This document shows, piece by piece, positions 63,513 to 64,000 of a stretch of 64,000 nucleotides of DNA; within the stretch, counting starts at the first letter, position 1, and every line of letters starts with the position of its first letter. A model generated the notes under the pieces. That model saw nothing but the letters and a program-made list of their open reading frames with translations, was not told the origin of the DNA and searched no databases. A program made the position numbers and the translations under genes. This DNA is from an uncultured Corynebacterium sp. (GTDB taxonomy: Bacteria > Actinomycetota > Actinomycetes > Mycobacteriales > Mycobacteriaceae): positions 45,114-109,113 of the forward strand of contig NZ_CAMIHD010000002.1 of NCBI RefSeq assembly GCF_946222835.1, written 5' to 3'.

Positions 63513-64000
63513 ATGACCGAATTTTCCCAGCACAATAACGACGATCTCCTCGCCCGCGCGTTCCGCGATAACGATGCCCCGGCCGCGCCGGAGGCGACAC
63601 CCACCACTGGTGACCTCGACCTGGCAGAGCGCAACGCTTTTCGCCGCGTAACCCGCGAGACCACCATCCGCGCCGAGGACACCACCGACGGCTACGAGGT
63701 GGAGTACCGAAAGCTGCGCCTTGAGCGCGTCATTTTGGTCGGCGTGTGGACCGAGGGCACCGTGGCCGAGGTTGAAGCCACCATGGACGAGCTAGCTGCG
63801 TTGACCGAGACTGCCGGTGCCGAAGTAGTAGAAATGATCTACCAAAAGCGTGATAAGCCAGATTCTGGCACGTTCATCGGCTCCGGAAAGGTCAAAGAAC
63901 TGCGCGATATTGTCGAGGCGACTGGCGCCGATACCGTGGTCTGCGATGGTGAGCTCAACCCCGGCCAGCTCACCGCACTCGAGCGGGCGCTCAATACCAA
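63513..64000 (+). CDS. hflX: GTPase HflX, N-terminal part (3' end beyond window)
   Basis: The open frame from the ATG at 63513 (or 63501) runs to the window edge. The sequence YRKLRLERVILVGVW...FIGSGKVKELRDIV...LNPGQLTALE is the HflX N-terminal domain. Confidence 0.8.
   Translation, partial: MTEFSQHNNDDLLARAFRDNDAPAAPEATPTTGDLDLAERNAFRRVTRETTIRAEDTTDGYEVEYRKLRLERVILVGVWTEGTVAEVEATMDELAALTETAGAEVVEMIYQKRDKPDSGTFIGSGKVKELRDIVEATGADTVVCDGELNPGQLTALERALNT

Overview
This is a 64-kb, high-GC (about 58% by eye) chromosomal segment that looks like a Corynebacterium-type actinobacterium. It is mostly conserved housekeeping genes, and the gene order mirrors the Mycobacterium tuberculosis Rv2864c-to-Rv2725c region: PBP, map, mtr, mqo, selO, proS, rimP-nusA-ylxR-infB-rbfA-nrnA-dinF-mpe-pptT-truB-ribF-rpsO-pnp, dapB-thyX-dapA-rnj, ftsK, terC, pgsA-cinA, clgR-pspA, bioYMN, DUF3046-recA-recX-miaB, miaA-dapF-hflX. 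I found no rRNA, tRNA, CRISPR, transposase or prophage.

The accessory or unusual content that stands out:
- A 1.4-kb AT-rich insertion sits exactly between infB and rbfA. It carries two or three small Cys-containing signal-peptide proteins plus a TTG-initiated 146-aa cytoplasmic partner, a possible bacteriocin-and-immunity-like cassette.
- Two tandem paralogous small exported proteins with C-terminal hydrophobic helices lie between map and mtr.
- truB is inverted on its own relative to pptT and ribF.
- A two-component system, an ABC-2 exporter and an unusual GalT-like protein form a cluster between phzF and yaaA/proS.
- A candidate yybP-ykoY Mn riboswitch lies upstream of terC.
- A protein with a C-terminal Cys-Gly repeat tail lies between dapF and hflX.

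Several Rho-independent terminators and a TGAAC-N3-GTTCA operator upstream of bioY are also visible. All family calls come from recognisable motifs read in the translations, with no database search run.
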